The notes under the pieces are model-generated. The model searched no databases, had not been told where the DNA came from, and saw nothing but the letters and a program-made list of their open reading frames with translations. Below, piece after piece: positions 22,900 to 36,359 of a stretch of 50,486 nucleotides of DNA. The stretch is taken from positions 1 to 50,486 of the forward strand of contig NW_021835132.1 in assembly GCF_006345805.1 (NCBI RefSeq). The letters run 5' to 3'. Within the stretch, counting starts at the first letter, position 1, and every line of letters starts with the position of its first letter. The DNA comes from Octopus sinensis (taxonomy: Eukaryota). Both the position numbers and the translations under genes were made by a program.

Positions 22900-24330
22900 C
22901 ATATACATACATATACACACACATACATGCATATACATATACATAAATATTTATACATTTATACATACATATATAAACACATACATGCATTCATACATAA
23001 ACACATGTATGCATACATACACACATGAATGCATACATACACGCATGCATGCATATATATACAAACGTGCACGCATACACACATGCATGCATACATACAT
23101 ACACACATTTATAAATACACACATGCAGGCATACACGCATACATATATACACACATGCATGCATACACACATATGCATGCATATAAACATTCATACATAC
23201 ATATATGAATACATACATACATTCATATATACATGCATGCATGCGTACATACATTTATACACACATACATACATACATACATACATACATACACGCGTAC
23301 ATACATACATACATACATACATACATGCGTACATACATACATTCACACATAAATACACACATGCATACACACATGTATGCATACATACATATACACATGC
23401 ATGCATTCATATAGACATTTATACATACATACACACACACACACATACATACATACATACATACATACATACATACATACATACATACAGACATACATAC
23501 ACACATACATACATACGCACATACATATATACAACAAAACGAAAGTAAGGCTGTTAGTGGTTGTGTTCCCTTCATGTCTGAGTATATTTGTAATTTGGAG
23601 TCGCTGGTAATAAATGGTCTTCACTCTCACAAAATAATTACAAAGTAAATATCATTCTTGTTTATCGAAAGTGTTTGGGAAGCTCTTTATCTTCTCTCCC
23701 TTTCTGAATACATACATACATACATGAATACATTCATGCATACATACATGCATACATACACACATGCATACATACATACATACATACATATATACATACA
23801 TACTTATATACATACATACATATATACATACGTACATACATACATACAAGCATACATACATACATACATACATACATACATACATACATCATACATACAG
23901 ACAGACATACATACATACATACATATATACATACACACATACATATATACATTCATGCATACATACATGCATACATACATACAGACATACATACATACAT
24001 TCATACATACAAACATACATACATACATATATACATACATACATATATACATACACACATACATATATACATTCATGCATACATACATGCATACATGCAT
24101 ACATACAGACATACATATATACATGCATACATACATGCATGAATGCATACATACACACATTCATACATACATACATGCATGCATGCATGCATGCATGCAT
24201 ACATACGTACTTACATACATACATATATACATACACACATACATATATACATACATACATACATACTTACATACATACATATGTGCGTGTGCATATGTGT
24301 GTGTGACTATGTGGGCATATGTGTGTTCAT
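22900..24330. repeat. Two long degenerate (TACA)n/(TGCA)n arrays separated by ~170 bp of unique DNA
   Basis: Directly visible; includes a ~120-bp higher-order repeat near 23920/24040. Confidence 0.95.
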
Positions 24331-24864
24331 ATATGTGTGAAGAGTATACATACAAACATGCACGTTCCCACGCAGTTTCTCATAAAAACACAGCAATACA
24401 TTTCAATACCCCCAATCACACATGTAATTTGATATCGCAAAACACTCACACACACACACACACACACACAAGCACGCACATTTATATACTATTATATATA
24501 ACTACACCCGTTGCATCCAATACTAATTTGGCAGCAAGTACCATGCTTTCGCTAATTGCTTCAGGTTTCCTATATAGTCGCGTGCAGAGATAAGCTCTCA
24601 AGTAATCCGCTCTAATGAACCCAAATATCTTGTCTGGTAGAGCTGGACAAACAAGGAACTGATCAGCGAATAGTTCGTACTTACTTCAGTAATGAAGATT
24701 AGAGCTATGTAAAAATGATGTGCCTTAAAAAGGCATACGCTTTCAAGAATCGAATCCAGGACGTAGGGTTTTGAGCCCAGTAACCTAACCACTAAGCTAC
24801 GTACTTATTTAAGGAATTGAGGTTGACAATGCACTTATATATATTTATGCTAACACACGCATAT

Positions 24865-25110
<246 letters not shown>

Positions 25111-25852
25111 GCTTGTCTGCTTGATGAATTTTTTTATTGCGGGACTTTCTATCAGGGGATATCAATACACGAACTCGAGTTTGCATCCCTCATCATGTAT
25201 GTGTGTGTATATATATATATATATACATATGTGTGTGTATGTATACATATTCATTCATGCATACATACACACACACAAACACACACATATATGTATATAC
25301 ACACATGTATGTATGTATGTATAAACACACGTATGTACATCAATTGAATTTGTACAACGTAGTTCTGTACGTGAGTGTGTGTGTGTAGTTGTGCTCACAC
25401 GCTTGTGTGTGTTTCAATGTTTCAATGTCTGCGTACGTACGTACGCATGCGTATTCGTCAGCTGAACCAGGTTAGGTGGGCAACCAAGAAAGTCACAGTA
25501 GTGGTATTCGACGAAGGCTGTTTTTGTTATTGTTAATTAATCAAATGATATTGAGGAGGTCGTGTGATAAATTATCGTATCGAATAATAATAATTATCCG
25601 ATCGTTTTGTTTTCGTTTATCACACGAGAAAATATTGAACGTCTTAAATATCCATTAATTCTGCCAATATTTGTCTTGAATAAACTACTTGAGATCGTTA
25701 TGTAGCTTGTTCGTGAAATGTATTGTTGTTGTATTCGCTATCGCCGTTGTTATTGTTGTTGTGGTTGTTGTAGTTTTTTGTAGATTGTTATATTTCATCG
25801 GCCACTCTGGATGTTATTATAGTAACTGTTACCGATGGAGATAGTTCTGTTT

Positions 25853-25982
25853 GCGTAGGAGTGGCTCTGTGGTAAGTAGTTCGCTTACCAACCACATGGT
25901 CCCGGATTCAGTCCCACTGCGTGCGTGGCACCTTGGGCAAGTGTCTTCTACTATAGCCTCGCGCCGCCCAAAGCCTTATATA

Positions 25983-26036
<54 letters not shown>

Positions 26037-26143
26037 GTAAAAGTAAAAAAGATATACAAACTGGGACAAGAACGTGAAACATTTAGAAGACGACACAAAA
26101 ACACGGACGGGACATTCGAAGCCTTCAATCTTCAATCAAGAAC

Positions 26144-26182
<39 letters not shown>

Positions 26183-26371
26183 TGTGTGTCTGTGTTTGTC
26201 CCCCAACATCGCTTGACAACCGATGCTGGTGTGTTTACGTCCCCGTAACTAAGCGGTTTCGCAAAAGAGACCGTTAGAATAAGTACTCGGCTTACAAAGA
26301 ATAAGTCCTGGGCTCGATTTTCTCAACTAAAGGCGGTGCTCCAGCATGGCCACATTCAAATGACTGAAACA
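25853..26371 (+). mobile_element. SINE family B with a nested family I insert (~26035-26145)
   Basis: Family B head and tail; the insert is homologous to 20330-20455. Confidence 0.85.
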
Positions 26372-26399
26372 TTTGGATATGACCATCAACGTGAATGAC

Positions 26400-26725
26400 A
26401 TCCTCATTGTTGTCTAAATTTTCATTTCCATTATCATCCTTATCGTCACTGTCGATGTCGTCATTATCACCATCTCCATCACCATGTAGTTGTCATCGCC
26501 TTCGTCGTCCGTCATCGACATCCGTCGTCGTCGTCCGACTTCTTCGTCCGACTTCTTCGTCGTCCGTCGTCGTCTTCGTCGTCATCATCATTATCGTCGT
26601 TTTTGTCATCCGTCGTCATCCATCGTCGTCGTCTGTCCTTGTCTTAGTTGTCCGTTGTCGTCTTCGTTCACCATCATTATTATCACCACCAACGCAGTGT
26701 TGTTGTCCTTACCATCGTCATCACC
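26400..26725. repeat. Degenerate (CGT/CAT)n array
   Basis: Directly visible. Confidence 0.85.
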
Positions 26726-26731
26726 TCCGAA

Positions 26732-27068
26732 AGGATAGCAGGTAGAGTCGGAATTTGAACTTAGAACGTAAAGATGCACGAAATAACACTAAGCATTTTG
26801 CCTGGCGTCCTAACGATTCATATTTATTTACTGCCCACAAGGAGCTAAACATAGAGGGGACAAACAGGGACTGACAAAGGTATTAAGTCGATTACATCGA
26901 CCCCTGTGAGTAACCGGTATTTAATTTATCGATCCCGAAAGGATGAAAGGGAAAGTCGACCTCAGCGGAATTTGAACTCAGAATGTAACGACAAGCGAAA
27001 TACCTATTTCTTTACAGCCCACAAGGGGCTACACACAGAGGGGACAAACAAGGACAGACAAATGGATC
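26732..27068 (-). mobile_element. SINE family A body array (26821-27068) joined to an older family A head (26732-26818)
   Basis: Tails at ~26821 and ~27005; the junction at GAATCGTTAG matches that at 10455. Confidence 0.8.
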
Positions 27069-27944
27069 AGCGCCAGTTTCAAGCCCTATTTTGAGTTTAA
27101 TTATTACCAGCGTAGCATCAGTTTCAAAGCGGTCTACACCAGGCCAGTCAGATTGGCAAGCACACACCTGTAGTCATAACTCTGGCGGTATCTACTAGTG
27201 TTAAGTATGGAATAGTTCTAGGTTCTGGGTAACTATTCTCTTCACTACTTCAGGGAGTGACGACCCTGCCTGACACGAGTCCCGGGCTCAGCTGGCTCCG
27301 GCTGAGAATACCCGGTATGGGCCCTATCCAGGGTTACGGAAAGGAGAGAACCTTCAAAGAAATCCGGATTGGAGCCACGTAGGCGGTTTAGTGTTCGACT
27401 CGACACTCTTACGGCACCTCCTGCAACCAAGCTGGTGCCAAACGTATTGCTCTTTGGACTACGTCAGCAAGGTCGACAAAGGAATCCTGACGATTGGGCT
27501 ACCAAGGATTTTCTTACATCTAGCCGAGGCCGGCGCAAAACTGGAGAGGACATGAAATGTAAAAACCAGATTGGATTAGTTTATGCGCAACTCCATTGTC
27601 TCCCGAGAGAAAAGGATGCCAACAATTTCTAGAGATATAACACCAACTTATTAACGTTTCCTAACAGAAAGGTCGATGTATAGAAATCTTATCTTCAAAA
27701 GCTATCGAATAAACAGCAAATGTATATTACAAACAGCTAAAATTCATCCTTTGTATGCTAAGCGCTGTTTTGCTGTCCTCCAGAGAACTTAAGAAAGCAA
27801 CATGAAATAATACCAGTTCCTTTGCATGTTAATTATAACATGAAAAATTCTTATTGATGAACAGTCGGCTTATTAATTATTGGAAATTTAAACTCTAATT
27901 CTTAAACAGATTTTCAGCTTGTCTACTTATTGCGCAGTCGCATT

Positions 27945-28066
27945 CTTTTATTCTTTTACTTGTTTCAGTCATTTGACTGCGGCCATGCTGGAGTACTGCC
28001 TTTTTAGTCGAACAAATCGACCCCAGGACTTATTCTTTGCAAGCCTAGTACTTATTCTATCGGTCT
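27945..28066 (-). mobile_element. SINE family B 3' fragment
   Basis: Family B tail and 3' domain. Confidence 0.85.
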
Positions 28067-28369
28067 CATTCCAGATCTGACCAACTGATAGGTTTGGGGT
28101 TATTTAAGATTAAAATATGTAATGTGACATATCCTTATGTAAGACGGTATAATGTAATTTAACTGCGATTTAGCTAGTGTTTCTACAATATCGACAAACT
28201 GCTTAAAAAGCTCACTGTCTATTTCTGGAATAAAGTCTTTAAACTGCAAAGAACAAATTTTTAAAGACCCCCTTCCCCTCTAAATTGTGGACTCTTCCGT
28301 CGCGGACGACCGATGTAGGTTCCGCAATTTCTTGTCGAACAACCTGTACAGAGATGTTTATAGTGGTAA

Positions 28370-28578
28370 GGCGGCGAGCTGACAGAAACGTTAGCACGCC
28401 GGGCGAAATGCTTAGCAGTATTTCGTCTGTCGTTACGTTCTGAGTTCAAATTCCGCCGGGGTCGATAAATTAAGTACCAGTTATGCACTGGGGTCGATAT
28501 AATTGACTTAATCCGTTTGTCTGTCCTTGTTTGTCCCCTCTGTATGTAGCCCCTGTATGTGGGCTGTAAAGAAATAAG
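28370..28578 (+). mobile_element. SINE family A monomer with a small internal deletion and 15-bp TSD
   Basis: ATGTTTATAGTGGTA at 28354-28368 and 28581-28595. Confidence 0.92.
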
Positions 28579-29344
28579 ATATGTTTATAGTGGTACTGCA
28601 CATTAGCTCGTTCCCTCGATCAAATTGTCCGGGTGCATTGTGTGCCACATGTTACATATGGAAGTGATCTCAGCAACTAGAAATGAAGTGTTTTGCCAAG
28701 AATGCAACGCAGTACCAGGTCTGATAAGCGAAAAGCGAACGTGAGTTCAAAAGCCTTAGCACTAGACTACGCGCCCACACAGCTTTACAAATAATCTCTA
28801 ATTAAACGGGTTCTCCCTAAATACTCTTTGAATAAGATGGTTAATAAACTTCGAAAAGTCGGCTAGTATTATTTGAAGTTCTTTAATTTAATAGCATTAA
28901 TTACATTAAAATAACAAAAAAAATTGGTTTTAAATAAATCGATTAAATTTTTTTTTTAAATGCCATGATTAGATTAAAAATAAAATGTAAAGTTAATAGC
29001 AACTATTTTGAATTTTTGCGTTATCTTCTAGACGGCACATCGTTATTCTGAATAATGATTTTAATAGGGTCGAGTAGAGGCCGCTGTATATGGGTTATTA
29101 TAACGAACGGGTTGGTAGTGTGAAGTAGTTTACAAACTTGATATTTGCGCAAACCAATGAAATACATTACTAGTACTAAAGATATCAGTTACGCAGTATG
29201 ATCATCGCCAGAAATTTATACACCGCAATATCGTGATATGAATAATCACAACTGCTACCATACAGCATTCGATAACGGTACAGTCGTTGTGATGTGGATA
29301 AGAAGTTCATTTCACAGCCGTGTGGTTCCGAGTTCGCTATTACC

Positions 29345-29575
29345 TATTTCTTTATTACCTACAAGGGGCTAAACATACAGGGGACAAACAAGGACAGACA
29401 AAGGGATTAAGTCGATTATATCGACCCCAGTGCGTAACTGGTACTTAATTTATCGACCCCGAAAGGATAAAAGGCAAAGTCGACCTCGGTGGAATTTGAA
29501 CTCACAACGTAACGACAGACGAAATACCGCTAAGCATTTCGCCCGGTGTGCTAACGTTTCTGCCAGCTCTCTGCC
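29345..29575 (-). mobile_element. SINE family A monomer with 12-bp TSD, inserted in what may be an old family B head
   Basis: TTCGCTATTACC at 29333-29344 and 29579-29590. Confidence 0.9.
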
Positions 29576-29915
29576 TTATTCGCTATTACCAGGCGTGTTA
29601 CCAACTCTGTCAGTTTTACTTCTTTAAATATTAAAAACAGTTCGCAGATCCTCAGCACTATTTTGTCGACCCTCAACTGATCCACGAATAACAGGAAACC
29701 GTTGCGCAAAGACAATGTGGTAATTGCGATAATTTTAGTTCACTAAGTGTATAACATGCACCCACTAATGATTCATATATGTACTTAATTGCATTTATAT
29801 CGGCTCGGAATGGGTTGATCCGGCCCCAATTAATGAACCTAGAGCATCATGAAAAGAACCCCAAAATACTTGATGATAACAGACGTCTAATGTGGACAAT
29901 ATTAAATAGTCATAA

Positions 29916-30311
29916 GGCGGTGAGCTGGCAGAAACGTTAGCACACCGGGCGAAATGCTTAGCAGTATTTCGTCTGCCGTTATGTTCTGAGTTCAAATTCC
30001 GCCGAGGTCGACTTTACCTTTCATCCTTCCGGGGTCGATTAAATAAGTACCAGTTACGCATTGGGGTCGATGTAATCGACTTAATCCGTTTGTCTGTCCT
30101 TGTTTTTCCTCTCTGTTTTTAGCCCCTTGTGGGTAGTAAAGAAATAGGTATTTCGTTTGCCGTTACGTTCTGAGTTCAAATTCCGCTGAGGTCGACTTTG
30201 CCTTTCACCCTTTCGGGGTCGATTAAATAAGTACCAGTTACGAACTGGGGTCGATCTAATCGCCTGGTTCCCTCCCACAAAATTTAGGGCCTTGTGCCTA
30301 GAGTAGAAAAG
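29916..30311 (+). mobile_element. SINE family A chimeric dimer (tail type 2 unit then tail type 1 unit), TSD-flanked
   Basis: AATATTAA(A/T)TAGTCAT at 29898-29913 and 30312-30327. Confidence 0.88.
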
Positions 30312-30447
30312 AATATTAATTAGTCATGGTTCATACAGTAGTTATCATTATCCCCACAGCACTAATCCGCGAGATTAAATCATTGTTGAACAATGATTAA
30401 ACTAACCAAAGTCAAAGTGAGTAGGTGAACATTTAAGGAAGTTTCCA

Positions 30448-31001
30448 GGCGCAGGAGTGGCTGTGTGGTAAGTAGCTTGTTTAGCAACCACATAATTCCG
30501 AGTTCATTCCCACTGCGTAGCATCTCGGACAAGTGACGTCTAATATAGTCTCGGGCCGAGCAAAGCCTTGTGAGTAGATTTAGTAGACGGAAACTGAATG
30601 CCTGTCGTATATATATAAATTTTTTTCTACCAGTTATATACATTATATTATTCTTGTAATTTACTTAATCTTTACTTTTTAATTGTTATTTTAATTTTAA
30701 CTTTTCTATTATATGTAATCAATTCATTTTGAATTGATAAAAGGTGGGTTTTTGTCTAATGTTATATATATATATATATATATGCTAGTATATGTTTGTG
30801 TGTCTGTGTTTGCCACCTCCCCAGCCCCATCGCTTGACAACCGATGTTGGTGTGTTTGCGTCCCTATAACTTAGTGGTTCGCCAAAAGAGGCCGATTGAA
30901 TAAGTACTAAGCCTATAAAAAATAAGTCCTGTGATCGATTTGTTCGACTAAAGGCGGTGCTCCAACATAGCCGCAGTCAAATGACTGAAGCAAAAGAGTA
31001 A
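30448..31001 (+). mobile_element. SINE family B with a ~150-bp AT-rich insert in its internal (TA)n
   Basis: Head at 30448, insert ~30620-30765, tail near 31000. Confidence 0.8.
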
Positions 31002-31737
31002 TAGATTTGCAAAGCTGAAACTCTGGAAAATACATCATTTCCTACACAGAGAGCCTCTTTGTTCAGATTGTGGATAAGCGCTAATAACAACCGTTGCTAT
31101 AGAAATAGTTAAAAAAAAAAGAAAAAGCTGAAATGTAGGAGGGGATTACTAAACTCCTCTTATAGAAAAACCGATATATTAATGATCCCTTTTTGTGTAT
31201 CACTTCACGTAACGGTAATAATAAAGGAAACAATACTTGTACAGACACAAAAACCCCGATTGAAACGCCTACTAATATATGACACTACGATCGGAGCTAA
31301 TTTATGAATACAAGAAAGACTCGATATAAATAACCCACAACAGCAATTGAAACCTGCCTTACAAGGCTCATATTAATCAAGTTTTAGTCACTGAAGGATT
31401 TACACACAAGCTGGTGGCACATTTTTCGATTTGGACATATATAACTGTAAATTTTCCGGGTTGACATGACAAATTAGGTCCGAAAACAGAGGTACACGCA
31501 CACGCGCACACACGCACGCACACATCAATGCAAACGCTCATATAGAGACATGCCCTAACATTCCAAAAATGTGACACTTTACACACACATAAATAGTATA
31601 CACTTATACATATACACATATTCACATACATACATAATTACACACACACACCCATATACACCTATTACTAGATATATATATATATATATATACGTATATA
31701 TAATATATAATATATACGCAAAATCTCTCTCTCTCTC

Positions 31738-31779
<42 letters not shown>

Positions 31780-31787
31780 TACATATA

Positions 31788-31905
31788 TTGGCCTGCTCGC
31801 TTAGCCAGCGGGGGTGGCGTCATTCGAAGGCTAAAACAATGCGAACGCATTGTGACCAGCGATGTGTAACTACATCTGATGGACTGGTCGGTCACGTGAC
31901 GTGAT
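31788..31905 (+). mobile_element. 5'-truncated SINE family D type-1 tail in a (TA)n array
   Basis: TTGGCCTGCTCGCTTAGCCAGCGGGG..GCATTGTGACCAGCGATGTG..GGTCACGTGA. Confidence 0.85.
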
Positions 31906-32205
31906 ATACATATATTTATAGATATTGTACATATATATTCATACATATATACGGTTGTGTGTGGTGTGTGTGTGTGTTTGTGTGTACAGACAATGAGGAG
32001 TTAGAGAAAGACAGAGACAGAAAACTAGATAGATAGATTTATTAATTATATATAATATATATATATTATTATATATATATATACACATATATATACATAT
32101 ATATATATGTGTATATATATATATATATGTGTATAATATATATATTTATATACATATATATATATCATATATACATATATATATATACATATATATAATA
32201 TATAT

Positions 32206-32248
<43 letters not shown>

Positions 32249-33283
32249 TGTGTGTGTGTGTGTTGTGTGTGTGGTGTGTGTGTGTGTGTGTGTGTGTGTG
32301 TACAGACAGTGAAAGAGTTAGAGAAAGAGAGAGAAAGAAAACTCGATAGATTTATTAATTTTATAATGTCTATGGAATCAATTATTTTCATTATTATAGT
32401 TTCTGGTTTGCCTTGTTTTGACGAACGAAAAATACACTCAGACAAGCACACACAAGCGCGCGCCCATACATGCATGAATACGTAGAGATGTACATTCGTA
32501 CATACATTCATACATAAATATATATAGACACGCATAAATACATATGTACTTAGACACATAAATATATACATATACAGATATCTTAATAAATGTCCACTGC
32601 CCCTATAGTATATTTTATGATCATACAACACACTATCTTCACCCAGATGTTCAACATGGGTTTAAGACAGAAAAAAAAAATATTGAAACTTTCACCTTTC
32701 GTTAAGTGTTTTCTTATAATATATATTTGTCGATATGGTTTTCTAAAATTTTCTGTTTATCGTTTGTGTACTTAAAGTTAGTTTTTGTCTAATTAAAACA
32801 TTTCCTCTTGTCAAACATAACATCGTTTGGTTCCCTTAACAATGTAGGACAGATTTGATTTCGTCCTAGTTACATTCTTGAACAGTAAAGTCAAGCAGTG
32901 ACTTTACTGTATTGTGTGTAGGTGTTTGCGTATATACATGTGCATAAGAACAACCTCTGTATGTGTGTGTTTGTGTGTATGTGTGTATGTGTGTATGTGT
33001 GTGTAAATGCACACATACACAAATGAATATACGCAAATATACACTAGTAATCTTAATATATGTCGCACATCTAATATACATACAGTTGCTTTCCAATATA
33101 GCCATATACTTATAGCCAGTCTCATAGCATACACATACACACACACACATACACACACACACACTCATACATGCACACACAAATACAGACACATGCATAT
33201 ATGTTTGTACAGATATACGCATTTATATGCATGTAAATATAAATGCAAAATATAATATGTGTATATATATATATGTATATATA

Positions 33284-33333
<50 letters not shown>

Positions 33334-33338
<5 letters not shown>

Positions 33339-33494
33339 ATCCAAACATGAAAGCACAAAAAAAAACACAACAACACGAGGAGGTGGAACAAATATAGTAT
33401 TATTGGACGCTCAGGAGAAGAGGAAAGAAGGGGGGTTTAACGTTTCGAGTGGAGAAGGAAAGATCCAGAGAAGGGAAGAGAGAGGAAAACAATC

Positions 33495-33497
<3 letters not shown>
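33334..33497 (-). mobile_element. Repeat family E copy with an internal deletion removing the CUGANGA half of the hammerhead
   Basis: Retains GTTTAACGTTTCGAGTGGAG, then jumps to AAGGAAAGATCC; pure (TA)n on both flanks. Confidence 0.8.
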
Positions 33498-33536
<39 letters not shown>

Positions 33537-33899
33537 GTATATACACACACATATAATTTATCATGTTCGTATGTATATATTTTATTCTTGAAAAGTATTT
33601 AGCAAAAAAAGAGACAATTTCTAATAAATTTTCTTGATTTATTAAGTAATTATATACACCTGTTACTCAACGTACGCAATGAGTTTACGGATCTTCTGAG
33701 ACTACAATTGTAATTTCAGCATGTTTTTTTTTTAAACATTTGGAAGCTGCTTGTTAAACATTACATAACTAATACAGCTAAAGTACACCAATGATCTTTA
33801 GCTCTAAATCTGAGCCTATAAACAGAACATAGAATCTCGAGGCTCTGAAATAACAGATCATAAAGGTTATCTTTCCGAAGGAATGTTATCGTTTAGTTG

Positions 33900-34250
33900 C
33901 TTCCATCCTCTGGACAGCTGTGATATACTATAGAGAAAACTTTCTTTCTTTTCGTCCATCCTTGATAACATCGTGTCTGCTGTACTTTGTTGGAAGATTT
34001 GATAGGTATTTTCCGCCCATATATTTTAAAGATGTGATGTGATTATATCCTGCAACTGTAGTAATTTCAACATTTGCCCCCCTCCCCCGACAATCCTTCG
34101 AATGTTATTTTTATTTTCGGACGCTATGAATGCAGATTGAGAATTGCTTCTTTTTTTTTTATTCTTAATGTTGAAATATCACGACTCATCGGAAAGTAAT
34201 AGCTTCGTTGGTATTATGTTTGTGGTGTGGCTGCTGAAAAAAAAAAATAT
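33900..34250 (-). pseudogene. Possible highly decayed Tc1/mariner-superfamily transposase fragment
   Basis: Minus-strand LLSDES*YF (cf. FSDES.F) and WAENTYQIFQQ (cf. W..FQQD.A) in different frames; weak. Confidence 0.3.
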
Positions 34251-34467
34251 ATAAATTATGTCTTTCTCAGAGGTGTGGCATTGTTGATATTTTCGGTTGA
34301 ACCTTGGATGGAATAATTTCAGGGATCAATATCTCATTTTACGTTTACATTATGTTAAAATAGTTATTTATTCTTGAATTGCAAAAATAGTAACCTTTAC
34401 AACATGAACTGTGTGCTTGTGTATGTGTGTATATGTGTGCGTCTGTATGCGTATGTATGTATATGTA

Positions 34468-34506
<39 letters not shown>

Positions 34507-34551
34507 TACATATTAATATCTGTGTGTATATATATATGTATATATAAATTA

Positions 34552-34596
<45 letters not shown>

Positions 34597-34720
34597 GTAT
34601 ATACATATATATTTATCTGTATGGATATATATATATATATATATATATTATATTATATGTATATATATATGGTATATATATGTAGATAGATAGATAGATT
34701 GATAGATAGATTGATAGATT

Positions 34721-34760
<40 letters not shown>

Positions 34761-35349
34761 TATAATAGATAGATAGATAATAGATAGATGGATATATATT
34801 TATGAACACTTTTTAATATTGGAGTTGAATGTTGGGAATTAGGAACAAGGGTATGGAGTAGTCGATGGTAAATATGAGTGAAGGTCATGTTGGTATAATT
34901 GAGGAATGGGTGTCAATAGGAAGTTGCACTGAGGAAGGACACAGTTCCCTGGGTTGTTATGGGAGGGAGAGGAAGCAGCAGGTGAAACTGTTACAATCCC
35001 TAAACTTTAATGTCATTCTCAAGTCTATATATGTATATATATGTATATGCGTATATATATAAGCATAACTCATAGTTACCATTTAACAGAATGATTCTCT
35101 TTCAAGTGGATCTGAGTAACTGTCGTATTACATATCACTAGGTTGGAATTTTTGAAAGGTGTGTGAGGGTTGACATAAGCTTAACTACTGTTTCGAATTA
35201 TAATTGATAATGTATTGGCAGTTACACCCATGGACTACATTACACTAATAACTCTCATAGAAATAATTCCTTCTGCTTTTCTCACGAATCTAACCTTTAA
35301 CTAAAGTTTGTTTCATGGCTTCCTCATTAATATCCAGATAATACACACT

Positions 35350-35460
35350 TATAATATTGGTTTCAAATTTTGGCACAAGGCCAGCAATTTCGGGGGGAAG
35401 GGTATTAGTCGATTACACTTATCCCAGTACTCAATCAGTACTTATTTTATCGACCTCGAA
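35350..35460 (-). mobile_element. SINE family A 3' fragment (tail type 1)
   Basis: GGTTTCAAATTTTGGCACAAGGCCAGCAATTT..GTACTTATTTTATCGACC. Confidence 0.75.
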
Positions 35461-35511
35461 AGATTTGGCCATGCTTAAAGATTTGGCCATGCTTAAAGAT
35501 TTGGCCATGCT
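35459..35511. repeat. 18-bp unit AAAGATTTGGCCATGCTT, three copies
   Basis: Directly visible. Confidence 0.95.
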
Positions 35512-35822
35512 GCACCTAATGAATTTCAATATTAGAATAAATTAAGGGAGCAAGCTGGCAGAATTTTTATGCACGCCGGACTAAATGCTTAGCGGCATTT
35601 CATCAGTAGATCTTCGGACATCTTACGTAAGTAAAATTACGTAATATGGTGATAGTGAAAGATGTATGTGAATAATCCATATTTTTACTACTTTTCTTTT
35701 GTCTTGCTCGATTACGTTTTGGTTGTTTTGCTGAATTTTTCTTGAGAACATTTCTTAGTGGTAAGACCATAGCGGATCTATTTCTAGCATAAGGGTGTCC
35801 ACATAGTGGTTTCCCTCTCATA

Positions 35823-35873
<51 letters not shown>

Positions 35874-35876
<3 letters not shown>

Positions 35877-36083
35877 ACCTCGTGAGTACCGCTGGCGATT
35901 TTTTTCCTCTGTCTTCCCTTCTCGGGATCTTTCCTTCTCTTATGTTTCCGACGAAGAGCTCCGCTCGAAACGTCAAACCCTCCTTCTTCCCTTCTTTCCC
36001 GAGCGTCCAATAATACTTTATTTTTGTTTCCACGTCCTCGCGTTGTTGTTTATTTTTGTGTGTTTTCTTTGTTTGGATTAACT
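35874..36083 (+). mobile_element. Repeat family E with a variant hammerhead (CCGACGA core, GUC site; 35944-35978)
   Basis: GTTT-CCGACGA-A-GAGC(TCC)GCTC-GAAAC-GTC-AAAC; (TA)n flanks. Confidence 0.85.
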
Positions 36084-36292
36084 TTATATATATAATACTA
36101 TATATATAATATATATTATATAGATATAAACATAATATAACATATGGAAGACGCCATAAATCTTTTAGCTACGAGTTTTACTGTCCTACAAAAGAATTAT
36201 TTCACAACTATTGCTATTATGTATAGTGTATAATAGTAGAAGTGATGATATATGTACACAGATAAGAATTATATTCTTCTTACTGTACACAG

Positions 36293-36359
36293 GCGGAGCT
36301 TTAGAAGATGATCCGTATCGAGTTGCTTTCGAAGCATTTCAAATGCTTCAGATGAATTT
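36293..36359 (+). CDS. Candidate exon of an unidentified gene (GGALEDDPYRVAFEAFQMLQMN)
   Basis: Pyrimidine-rich acceptor ..TACTGTACACAG, single open frame, less AT-rich than its surroundings; donor TT/GTATAT is weak. Confidence 0.3.

Noticed and set aside
22951-24593. 311-aa and other HTYI/MYVC ORFs
   Set aside because: Translations of (TACA)n arrays; the same applies to IYIY, YLSI and LSLS ORFs across the window.
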